Positions 37,500-61,700 of a stretch of DNA of 64,000 nt are shown one piece after another. The notes beneath the pieces were generated by a model that saw only the letters and a program-made list of their open reading frames with translations, was not told the DNA's origin and did not search any database. A program made the translations under genes and the position numbers. The stretch comes from Bugula neritina (taxonomy: Eukaryota; Animalia; Bryozoa): assembly GCA_964035545.1 (NCBI GenBank), contig OZ037771.1, positions 15,719,289-15,783,288 on the forward strand. Reading direction: 5' to 3'. How positions within the stretch are numbered: position 1 is the stretch's first letter; each line of letters starts with the position of its first letter.

Positions 37500-37950
37500 C
37501 TCTAACTGGTACTGTGACTTTCTAACTGGTACTGTGACTTTCTCACTGATACTGTGACTTTTTAACTGATACTGTGACTTTCTCACTGATACTGTGACTT
37601 TCTAACTGATACTGTGACTTTCTCACTGATACTGTGACTTTCTAACTGGTACTGTGACTTTCTAACTGGTACTGTGACTTTCTAACTGATATTGTCACAT
37701 TCTCACTGATACTGTGACTTTCTAACTGATACTGTGACTTTCTCACTGATACTGTGACTTTCTAACTGATACTGTGACTTTCTAACTGGTACTGTGACTT
37801 TCTAACTGGTACTGTGACTTTCTCACTGATACTGTGACTTTCTAACTGATACTGTGACTTTCTAACTGGTACTGTGACTTTCTAACTGATACTGTGACTT
37901 TCTAACTGGTACTGTGACTTTCTAACTGGTACTGTGACTTTCTAACTGAT
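37500..37950 (+). repeat. 20-bp repeat TCTAACTG(A/G)TACTGTGACTT after the 37454 stop
   Basis: About 22 copies. Confidence 0.95.
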
Positions 37951-40050
37951 AGCGTACTGTCACCACAGTACGTGTAACTGCTAGTTTATAAGTAGCCTAA
38001 TCTACCAGCTCTAGCAGATGAACTGTTCTCAGGAATTGCCTCAAATTTAGGACTTATAAGGCTTTTATTCATTTTGTTGAAGTTATTCTAATTAATAAAA
38101 ATAGCAATTAGTTTTATGCTGTTATGTGTATTTATTTATCAAAATTTTGCTTTATGTTTATTACGTGACTACCAACAATAAAAATAAATTAATTTGCATT
38201 ATATTAGTATTGCAGCGTATTATTAACTTTACAACTTTTGCTTGGGTCTTCAAGTTCATGGCTCTGTTTGAAGCATTTTAATATTAATTTTTAGTTTAAA
38301 ATGCTTTATAACTTTGCTAAAATGTCCATGTTTAGCTTGATATTCTACAAGTGAGTATTTGAACATTTTTGTGAGCTTGAATGAAAAAATATATTTAATA
38401 ATGTAACATAAGAGATTGGTAGGTTTAGTATTACTATTAGTATTAGTATTATGTCATCATTATGTGAACAAGGTATATCATACGAGAGTGTAATATTCAG
38501 CCTAATAACTGATAATTTTGTTTAATGTCTTTGTCTAGATGATAGGCCAACGTAACACTCCTCCATCCAGTAGTATATGCATACATTCACAATGTTCACA
38601 AAAATTTTTTTGTGGCACAGTGTATATATATATATATATATATATATATGAATTTATATTGAATATACTTGCATGCAGTAAACTAATAAACACGACAGGG
38701 CAGTAACAGCAGTACCACTGCTATATTTCTATGAGGAGTTGTCGTCTTAGTAACTCGGCACGAAGCTGTTTTACCAGAGTTTTATCGAGCTCTGATATAT
38801 CTGTTGTAAACAGCGTGTAGTTTGTTTCCGGGTCGCCTGCTAAACCGTATACTCTTAGCTCTCGACTCCAAGGTTTGTAGTCGTGCTACTCTACCTAGGC
38901 TTCTTTTCTAGCACTTAAAAAGTATAAGTACTTGTCATTTTTGTTAAGCGCTTGTAGTAGCTATAAATCAGTACCAGTATGAACACATTCAAAGTTCTCA
39001 ATCATACTTCAAGTTTAATTTTGCACTTGCCCTTACTACGTCTACTGTCAGTATCTCTGACACTCACACTGACAGTGACTGAGCTGATGGGAAATTATAT
39101 TTTATTTTATATATTATATTTATTCTGAAATAAAGTTTTGAATTGAAAATGACGCCGATTTATAGTCAGTGTGAGTGTCAGAATATGACTGGGATTTAGT
39201 GAATATTACACAATTCACTAGTTGTGTCATCATTATCATTATGATGATGCTGTTCAAATGCAAATTTCTTAATAATAACAATAAATTATAAATATAATAT
39301 TATAGTTATTGATTTTAAATAAAGACTAAGTTGAGATAAGTTTTTTGAGTTATAATCTATGTCATAAGGATAATGCATACGTTTTAATTACAACTTGATA
39401 CTATATTTATTGATAATACCTATTTATCAGTTCATTTACTCTTGTTCATATTCATACTATAATACCTTCATTATTGTCTTGGTTATCAGTAATGCTATTG
39501 CTTGTATTTAATTTTATGCCAAAAGTAAATATCTTAGTTATAATAGCTATCTTTATAAATATAATGTAAATAGAAGATTAAATAATTATAATACTAGTAA
39601 TATTTGCTATATTAGTAAATTTCAAATAATTTAAGCAATTATTATTACATTGACAATGATCAACTAGTTGCATAATGATAATCATAATAGCTTTTATAAG
39701 TATGATATTAAGAATACTATTCAAAGAAAGAGTGCATAGTCATAGTGACTGTCAGTAGTTATTTGCTTATAATTGCTATAAGCTAAATTAAGTTAAAAGA
39801 AGCTGAAGTGAAAATGCGCATAAGATGAATGCATAAATTTATGAATTAGCATAGGTATCAATTATATGCTTACTCTAATAAACCAAATTTAGAATGAATT
39901 TAACTGATGTTAAACTTATAGATGACTATACCTATTTCTTCCATGCCACAAAAACCAATGATTTTTTGAACTGAAATTAAAAACTAGCTTTGACTTACTT
40001 TAACTTTGACTTACTATTATTAACATTAATTATAATCAATAGCTTACTTC

Positions 40051-40378
40051 TGAAACATTAAGTATAGTGAGTATATAATTACCTGAGAGTTACTCGAAGT
40101 ATGTAGGCATGACATTGAAGTATCGAAAGAACAATAAAGTGGGGTCTGGCCGGCCAGGGGAAATACAAAGACCAAAAGTATAGTACTGATTTATAATTAT
40201 TTTATCACAAAGTCTATCGGCGTGTTTATCTACTGTAGGCTGACATCTTTTATCTCGTAGTCTCTCGTTCGTCCTTGACCCAATATGTATTTTAATAAAC
40301 AAATGCACATGACATTATAACGTAGCATCTCGCTAGTCCGTAATTAGTGACAAACAAAAGACACATAATAATATAACA
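40051..40378 (-). repeat. 3' LTR
   Basis: Direct copy of 44565-44892; preceded on the - strand by a polypurine tract (40379-40389). Confidence 0.95.
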
Positions 40379-40529
40379 TCTCCCTTCTTAAGCAGGTGAC
40401 TTCCTTCTATAACATTGTGATTAAGGTGGCTGAGATTAATAATATGATACGAGTATACATGATTAATATGGATTGGGGATTAACAATGAAACTAAATAAC
40501 TATGTACAGGGTGGGAAACGGCTAATAGC

Positions 40530-43500
40530 TTATCCCATGTGGAAGTCCTTGTATTTAGCGGGGAGGACTCCACGGTTGCTTCTGGGTTGACGCTCTGGTG
40601 GTGGTGCCGCGTTCCTGAGAGGTGTTGCAGGCAGGGCAGGCATGTGGGGGGATTCATTAGGAGCATCTCCAACATCAGTATCAGCAGCATCAGCAACACC
40701 AAGGGTCTGTGTGTTATCTGGTTTGAGGTGAACACGATTCCTACGCACTATAGACTGACCGTTGTCAACCAAGTAGGATCTGGGGGAGTCATGCTGTTCG
40801 ACAATCATTCCTGGCGACCATTCTTTGTCAGTGCTTGACCTGATTAGTGCAGGAGTCCCAGGTTCCAGATCAGCCAACGGCCGTGCATGGCGGTCATGGT
40901 ACTTCTTCTGCAAGTTTTGGTTGGCTATTAGTTGTTGGCTAGCTTCAATAACAACTGGTTTAAGCGACTCGGCAGTGATTGGCAAATCACTTCTTAGGGC
41001 TCTGTTGAACAGAAGCTCAGCTGGACTGAAAGCACAGCCAGTGATAGGAGATTGCCTGTATCTGAGTAGTGACCTGTATATATCCTCTCTTTCATCCTCA
41101 CATTTTTTTAAAAAGGCTTTCATCGTTTGCACATAACGCTCAGCCATTCCATTGGACTTAGGGTAGTGCGGACTAGATGTTACAATGGTGAAGCACCAGC
41201 TTGATGCAAAAGTCTGCATGATTCTACTGCTGAAAGGCATGTTGTCCGCCAGAATGGACACTGGCACCCCGTGTACAGCAAATATGGATTTCAATGCCAA
41301 AACCACGTCTTCAGCAGTCTTTCTCTTGAGTAATCTCAGCTCGGGGAAGTGAGAGTAACAGTCCACAACTACCAAGTAATCATTATTCTTATAGGACAGT
41401 ATATCCATAGCCACTTTATTCCATGGTAGACTTGGCAGCTCGTGAGACATTAACGGCTCTTTCTGTTGACGGTTGGAAAACTTAGCGCAGGTTAGACAAC
41501 TTGACACTTCATTCCGTATATCAGCAGATAGCCCAGGCCAATAGAATGATTTCCTCGCAAGCTCTCTGCATTTCTCAACGCCCAGGTGGCCCATGTGTAG
41601 CGACTTTAGAATGTGCTTCCTCTGTGACTTCGGAACTATAAGCCGCTCTTCAACGTAAAGAAATCCATCCACATCATAGATGTCAGATCTAACATTCCAG
41701 TAGGGTTGGATTTCTGTGGGGGCCTGACTCCGTCTACTCCATGACCAACCATCTTGCAGTGCTTTTTTCAGACTGTCCATTGTCGGGTCTTCAGCATATG
41801 ACTGTCTCATCTCATTCATGGTGCTATCATCGGTTTCTAAGGCATGAACCATCACAACTTCACCTTCAAGATCACACTGATCATTTGTAACGCGCTGAAG
41901 GTAGGCTCGGGATAGTGTGTCAGCAATATATAAATACTTGCCCGGAACATATGTGAACTCAGCTATCCGGTATCTTTGTAGTCGCAGAAGCAGTCTTTGC
42001 AGCCTTGGGGATGCCTTGTGCAACGACTTGTTCATTATCGGGACAAGAGGTTTATGATCCGTCTGTATGTGAACAGCACGTCCATAGAGGTAGCTGTGAA
42101 AGCGCTCACAGCCGAACACAACTGCTAGCAGCTCCTTATCTATTTGGGGATAGTTGCACTCAGTCTCAGTTAAGCTGCGTGAAGCGTATGCAACAGGTTT
42201 ACCTTCCTGTAGTAACACTGCACCAAGTCCCGACTTTGAAGCGTCAACTTGTAAATGCGCATCCTTGGTAACATCAAAATACTGCAAGACAGGTTCGGAT
42301 GTAAGCAAGCGTTTAATTACCTGGAAGCTTTCCATTTGTTCTTTGGACCACACCCACTGACTATCACTCTTCAGTAGCACTCTCAAGGGCTCAGTACAGG
42401 CTGACATGTTGGGTATGTAGGCTCTTAGAAAATTGAGAGTACCAATCAGTCTTTGTACTCCCTCTCGGTCTGTTGGGTCAGGCATGGCCTCAATAGCAGC
42501 TATCTTGTCTGGGTCAGGACGCAGACCATCTTTCGATACTATATGGCCTAGATAGCGTACCTCCGTCTGATTCAACTGAATCTTCTTGCGATTAAACTTC
42601 ACATTAGCCTCTTTGGCCTTTACCAATAGCTTTCTCAGATTGGCATCATGTTCCTGTTGTGTCTTTCCAGCTACAATGATGTCATCAAAATACACTGAGA
42701 CACCAGGCAAGTCTCCAAATATTTGCTCCACCTTCTTCTCAAAGACTTCAGCACTTGAGTGAAGACCAAATGGAAGTCTATCAAAACAGTAGCGACCATA
42801 TGGGGTGTTGAACGTTGTGAGCAGACTACTCTCTTTGGTCAAGGCTACATGCCAGTATCCATGTTTCATGTCCATGATGGTGTAGTATTGCATACCATTG
42901 AATCTGAAGGCAATGTCTTCTAATGTGGGTATCTTGTGATGTTCTCGTCTCACTGCTTTGTTCAGGTCCTTGGGGTCTAAGCATATACGAACCGACCCAT
43001 CTTTCTTTTCAACGCATACCATACTACTCACCCAGTTGGTTGGTACGTCAACCTTAGATATGATTCCAGATGCCTCCATATCATCCAGTTCCTTTTTCAC
43101 TTTGTCTAACATACTGAGTGGGACACGTCTTGGATGATGAACCACAGGCTTCACATTCTCGTCAACACATATCTCGTGCTCTCCATCAAGTCTGCCAACG
43201 CCTTCAAACACCTCAGGGAACTCCTGAAGTATCGAGGACAACTGATCGGTTGACAACTGATCAACTCTGCGGATCAGACCAAAAGATTCAGCAGCCTCGA
43301 GGCCAAGTATGGGAGGAAGGTCCTCATCAACCACCTCGAAGTGGACACTCTGGCTATGCTCCTTGTGGTTCACGGTGAGTTGAACTGCACCCACATTCTT
43401 GATCTTGGCTTTATTATAGCCGTAAAGGCATACAGAAGTGGGCTTTAGAGTAGCACCAAGTGACTGAACGGTTCTTAGGTTGATGCAATTTGTTTCAGCT

Positions 43501-44456
43501 CCAGTATCAATCTTAAACTGAATATCATTGGCCTTTCCTTTGTCACTGACCTTCATCGGAAGAATCCAAGATTTCAATTTAGATTCATTAGAAAGAGCAC
43601 CAACAGCACCTATGAACAAGCTATTCATTTGTTTCGCTGCAAGAGCTTTGCCTTTGCAGACTTTCTCAAAGTGATTTTTCTTCCCGCAGTTATGACATGT
43701 CTCGCCATAAGCAGGACATCTACCTTTGGCATGTGTATATCCACAAAATTTGCAATCTATGTTGTCCTTACGTGTGTTACTTCTGGTTTTATTTTGCGTA
43801 GCGCCAGGCTGACTCTGCACAGTGCTGACTGCAGCATCATTTATCTCATTGACTGTCTTCATAGTAGTATCACCGGCAGCCATCCTTGACATCTGCTGTT
43901 TGGTAATCTCAGCAGCACGGATGTCATCTAAGGCACTCTCAAGTTTAACGTTTTTGTCACGGAGTAGCCGCTCCTTCAGCTTTCCATCAGTGAGTCCAAA
44001 CACAATTCTGCAGAGAAGCATTCGGTCTCGCAATTCGCCAAAATCACATTTTGTAGCTTGAGTTTTTAGACGTTTCACAAAGGTGTCAATGGGCTCTCCA
44101 TCACTCTGACTGAGAGACCAAAAAACAAACCATTCATACAACACGTTACGTCGGGGATTGCAATAGGCTTCAAACTGCTCCAAAACATCAGCCATAACAT
44201 CTTTGCTTTTACCTGCGGGAAAGTCAAATTGACCATAAATCTCAGTAGCTTCCTCACCAGCCTGGTTCAGAAGTATAGCAACCTGACGTCTATTAATACC
44301 CACATTCTCAGGAGGAGGCTCTTGGCCACTCTCTTGAGGCTTCAAAACCAAATCAATTGCAAGCAAATAATTTTCCAAGGCCCTTCTCCACTTCCTCCAA
44401 TTGTCTGACACATTACCTTCAAATGATAATTCTCCAGGGGCCTTCAAACCTTCCAT
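40530..44456 (-). CDS. Gag-Pol polyprotein (gag with CCHC knuckles, aspartic protease, RT, RNase H, integrase)
   Basis: Uninterrupted ORF, likely start MEGLKAPG at 44456. CKFCGYTH..C and CHNCGKKNHFEKVC knuckles, protease IDTGA, RT LPFGL/YFDD, RNase H DASKSGLGAVL/TDHKPL, integrase H-H-C-C zinc finger plus DDE core. Gypsy domain order. Confidence 0.96.
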   Translation of the reverse strand: MEGLKAPGELSFEGNVSDNWRKWRRALENYLLAIDLVLKPQESGQEPPPENVGINRRQVAILLNQAGEEATEIYGQFDFPAGKSKDVMADVLEQFEAYCNPRRNVLYEWFVFWSLSQSDGEPIDTFVKRLKTQATKCDFGELRDRMLLCRIVFGLTDGKLKERLLRDKNVKLESALDDIRAAEITKQQMSRMAAGDTTMKTVNEINDAAVSTVQSQPGATQNKTRSNTRKDNIDCKFCGYTHAKGRCPAYGETCHNCGKKNHFEKVCKGKALAAKQMNSLFIGAVGALSNESKLKSWILPMKVSDKGKANDIQFKIDTGAETNCINLRTVQSLGATLKPTSVCLYGYNKAKIKNVGAVQLTVNHKEHSQSVHFEVVDEDLPPILGLEAAESFGLIRRVDQLSTDQLSSILQEFPEVFEGVGRLDGEHEICVDENVKPVVHHPRRVPLSMLDKVKKELDDMEASGIISKVDVPTNWVSSMVCVEKKDGSVRICLDPKDLNKAVRREHHKIPTLEDIAFRFNGMQYYTIMDMKHGYWHVALTKESSLLTTFNTPYGRYCFDRLPFGLHSSAEVFEKKVEQIFGDLPGVSVYFDDIIVAGKTQQEHDANLRKLLVKAKEANVKFNRKKIQLNQTEVRYLGHIVSKDGLRPDPDKIAAIEAMPDPTDREGVQRLIGTLNFLRAYIPNMSACTEPLRVLLKSDSQWVWSKEQMESFQVIKRLLTSEPVLQYFDVTKDAHLQVDASKSGLGAVLLQEGKPVAYASRSLTETECNYPQIDKELLAVVFGCERFHSYLYGRAVHIQTDHKPLVPIMNKSLHKASPRLQRLLLRLQRYRIAEFTYVPGKYLYIADTLSRAYLQRVTNDQCDLEGEVVMVHALETDDSTMNEMRQSYAEDPTMDSLKKALQDGWSWSRRSQAPTEIQPYWNVRSDIYDVDGFLYVEERLIVPKSQRKHILKSLHMGHLGVEKCRELARKSFYWPGLSADIRNEVSSCLTCAKFSNRQQKEPLMSHELPSLPWNKVAMDILSYKNNDYLVVVDCYSHFPELRLLKRKTAEDVVLALKSIFAVHGVPVSILADNMPFSSRIMQTFASSWCFTIVTSSPHYPKSNGMAERYVQTMKAFLKKCEDEREDIYRSLLRYRQSPITGCAFSPAELLFNRALRSDLPITAESLKPVVIEASQQLIANQNLQKKYHDRHARPLADLEPGTPALIRSSTDKEWSPGMIVEQHDSPRSYLVDNGQSIVRRNRVHLKPDNTQTLGVADAADTDVGDAPNESPHMPALPATPLRNAAPPPERQPRSNRGVLPAKYKDFHMG

Positions 44457-44554
44457 GACAGCTCCAAGGCAGACCAACACAGTCCACAACAACAAACAAC
44501 AAAAAGCTAAACAATCACCACTCCAGTGGCAAAGTAGGGTGTGAGTACGATCTA

Positions 44555-44564
44555 GCTGCCACCA
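44555..44564 (-). promoter_or_regulatory. primer-binding site, probably tRNA-Leu
   Basis: TGGTGGCAGC immediately inside the 5' LTR; complementary to the ...GCTGCCA-CCA 3' end typical of metazoan tRNA-Leu(AAG/UAG). Confidence 0.7.
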
Positions 44565-44892
44565 TGAAACATTAAGTATAGTGAGTATATAATTACCTGA
44601 GAGTTACTCGAAGTATGTAGGCATGACATTGAAGTATCGAAAGAACAATAAAGTGGGGTCTGGCCGGCCAGGGGAAATACAAAGACCAAAAGTATAGTAC
44701 TGATTTATAATTATTTTATCACAAAGTCTATCGGCGTGTTTATCTACTGTAGGCTGACATCTTTTATCTCGTAGTCTCTCGTTCGTCCTTGACCCAATAT
44801 GTATTTTAATAAACAAATGCACATGACATTATAACGTAGCATCTCGCTAGTCCGTAATTAGTGACAAACAAAAGACACATAATAATATAACA
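44565..44892 (-). repeat. 5' LTR
   Basis: Direct copy of 40051-40378. Confidence 0.95.
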
Positions 44893-45288
44893 ACTTCAAA
44901 TTGGCATTTTAGCACAATTGGTTCATTTTTTAATCTTATCAACAGTAATTTTTGCATTTATTGAAACTTTTGAATTGTTACTGATTTGAAAAAAGTTTAA
45001 TGTGGTCAATGAATTTCGCCTTAAAGAATCTGTAATTTGATGTAGTTTTAAAATATTGACATGTATCTTGGTCTCCATATATAGCCTACAGACAAATGAA
45101 GGGCATGATGTTCAAACAAATTAGTTTTATATTAGATTTCTCACACAATTAGAGTCACAGTTTATATTAGCTTGACTCTGTGAGACAGAGTCCAAGTATA
45201 CTTCAAGTCCTATTATGTCAGATGCTTATACCAACGTAATTTTAGACTCCAAATCATACTCTGTCAGATCCATGCGGCGTTCAGTGAG

Positions 45289-58755
<13,467 letters not shown>

Positions 58756-61700
58756 AAATTGTGTATTTTATACATAGCTGCATAAAATAGCAGCCCCTAT
58801 TTATTTGTTGATATTCAGATCAAGTATCAATTATTCAAATATTGATTAGACTAAAGTCAGTTGTCTTTATAAGTTCGGTGTTCATATAAATTAATTATTT
58901 ATATATATATATATCTGTACAAAGGTTTACTACTACATAACTATATTGTATTGACTTGTTTATAATGAATACATTGTCATTGTGTAATAATATTATAAAG
59001 ACTAGTCTTTTATACATTTAGTATCTATATTTGAACACACATGAGCATGAAAATCTTCATTTTCAAGTAGCATTATTATTTGTATGCCAATATAAGCTAG
59101 TTAGTAAAGTTATAATCATGTTATGTTGAAACTCACTAAGTAATGATTTGTCATATATATATTAGAAAAATAATACTCCTTAGTATATGGTAAATACCTA
59201 GTACTTTGATATACTTATTATATGCATTACTACTATATACTATTATCATTTAATTTCCACCGGGTCATGGCTATTAATGTTTGCATTCACGTTTTAAAAT
59301 GGTTGGCTACTACTCCTCTGGGCTATTAGCATCGTCTGCAAAATTCTATTCAACTCACGGCGACTTTGTGATTTACTATGCAAAAACCACGTGACTATTT
59401 CTGGTTGGGGTTGCTGCAATGTTCATTCGTCGTGAGACGGGCTGGCTGCAACGCTGTGATCACTTATTTTGACAACCTCTTTTCAACATTATTTAACCTT
59501 ACAACACAAGGTTGGTTATGACTTGCTTCAAACACTAACTTTTAAAACTCACGAGTGTGGAATTAGGCTCTAAATAAACTTGACCATAAGACATGTTGAT
59601 AGTGGATAAGCCGATTACTGATGAGTCATGAGCCTGAGGGGTGCGTGAGTGATACTAACTCTAAGTCTAATGGTAATACTAATAGTGATTAGTATTACTG
59701 ATACTGATAGTGAGTAATAGTAATACTAATAGACAATGGTAATAGTAGAAGTAGAGTCGACTATCACTATACCTATAGAGTATAGAGTTATACTTATAGT
59801 TATAGGCTGTCGATTTCTGTCAATCTCATAGTCATAGTGATAGTCATACTGATACTGATAGTCATAGTGATACTGATACTCGATAGTCATTTAATTTTAT
59901 ACTTATAGTTATAGTGACACTGATACAGTGATGGTCATACTCATACTCTCATAGTCAGCGTCGTATTCACACACACTGACACAGTGATACTGATCGCGAA
60001 TGTGATGGCTAATAATAATACTTATAGTTATAGCTATACTGAGGCTCATAGACATAGTTGTCATAATGAATGTTATGCTAATCTTGATCTTACTACCTAA
60101 TCAGTTAATGATAATAGTAATACATATAGTAATACTAGTACTAGTAGTCAAAGTTATTAAATCATACTGATAAGGGATTGTGATAGTGATACTGATACGT
60201 TTACTATTAGACTTGCTATTTGTATTACTATTCGTAATTATAATAGTTATAGTATTAGTATTACTATCAGTGTTGCGGATAATAATATTCATGTTGATAA
60301 TGATACAGATATAACAATTGCAATTATGAATTAACAATAACTGACTTGCCATCTATAATTTTATTTTTATGATTTAGTAATTTATTACATTTAATATTTT
60401 TGATTGAGATAATTTAAATTTGACTTTAGTATATTTTGATGGATTACTGAAATTAAATATGAAAACATAGGCCTACAGCTTACTTTTTTGAATGTCATAC
60501 TAAATATATCAGAGACAATTCTACTACCAGTACCCATCTTATAATTTAGAGCTTCAGTACTTTTAGTATTGCTGTAAATATTATTACTAGTATTGCTGTA
60601 GCTGCAGATTATTGACTATAGTAGCTAGATTATCATGGAGTTTATTATTTAAACTTCTGGCAGCTAATGGTTAGCTTTATTATGATTATCTTTCTAAATA
60701 TTCTCAAAAATTAGTAGGTTTTAGTCTTCACTGTTATTGCAGGATGTTTAGCTGCTGTGACTGCTCTTTATAAACTATAGACAGTCATGTTATTTGTTTA
60801 GTTGGTTTGATGCAATTGACAATGCAATGATCAATTACTAGTATTACTTTTAATTACGAGAAAGTTGATCATTTGAGCTGTTGGTGATATAGGGATAGTT
60901 CAGTTTACCTGGTTTGGAATATCTATAGATATGATGGTTATGATGAATTTGATTTGTTATTTAAATTGCCTACGGTGAAGCATAAACTACTTTTTATTAT
61001 TGGCAAGATTTGTGCTCCAGCTCTTTCCTATTTGTTGTTAGATTTACCGGTACTAGTTCAATATGACATTATGTTGTTTATGCCATTAATTCTAACATTA
61101 CAAATCAAATGTTCTTGTTTTCACTTTAGGTAAACATACACAGCCGTTCTAATGTAACTGTGTTTTGTGAACTAGCTTGTGTTTTATAACATCATGATAA
61201 CAATAATATAACTATGATAATTATACAATATGCAAACATAATATAACGAAATACATTGCATTGAATTATATATCATCATTATGTCAGTCATACAACTTCT
61301 TCGCTTTTCGAAAAGGGAGAAATTAATAGTCAACATTTAGGATAGGGGGGGGGGAGAATAGTTTCTTTAAGTCACCTATTCAATTTCTTTATGTCTCTTT
61401 ACGATGTTAATTTGTGTTTCTTTTTTTGATAGTTAATTTAGCATAGTCTGTCTTCTTTTCCTGTTTATTTTGCCCTGAACATGATTGAAAATGCTGCCGA
61501 AATTGAGGGGACAAATTTTTAAAAATATTTGATTGCTAAATCTATGTTTTCCCTTCATTAGATTCTGAAACTTGAAGCACTAAAATTAGTGTACATTTTC
61601 TTTGCTGCATACAGATCACTGATTTGGTAATGCCATTGGAACCTTCAGGGTGATGATGAGTCATGAAATATAACACATGACGCAGCAATAGTCACGTGAT

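Larger units (their letters stand above)
40051..44892 (-). mobile_element. full-length Ty3/Gypsy LTR retrotransposon (Mag-like clade)
   Basis: 328-bp LTRs at 40051-40378 and 44565-44892 with TG...CA ends, identical by eye. 5-bp TSD ACTTC (40046-40050 and 44893-44897). PBS TGGTGGCAGC next to the 5' LTR, PPT AAGAAGGGAGA next to the 3' LTR, single intact gag-pol ORF. Confidence 0.97.

Noticed and set aside
38730-38930. Possible first or signal-peptide exon of the receptor-like gene
   Set aside because: A short hydrophobic stretch exists but is bounded by stops with no usable ATG and donor in frame.
40090-44822. Twin 72-aa ORFs in the LTRs and + strand ORFs inside the retrotransposon
   Set aside because: They result from LTR duplication and antisense reading of gag-pol; no env-like or other recognisable product.
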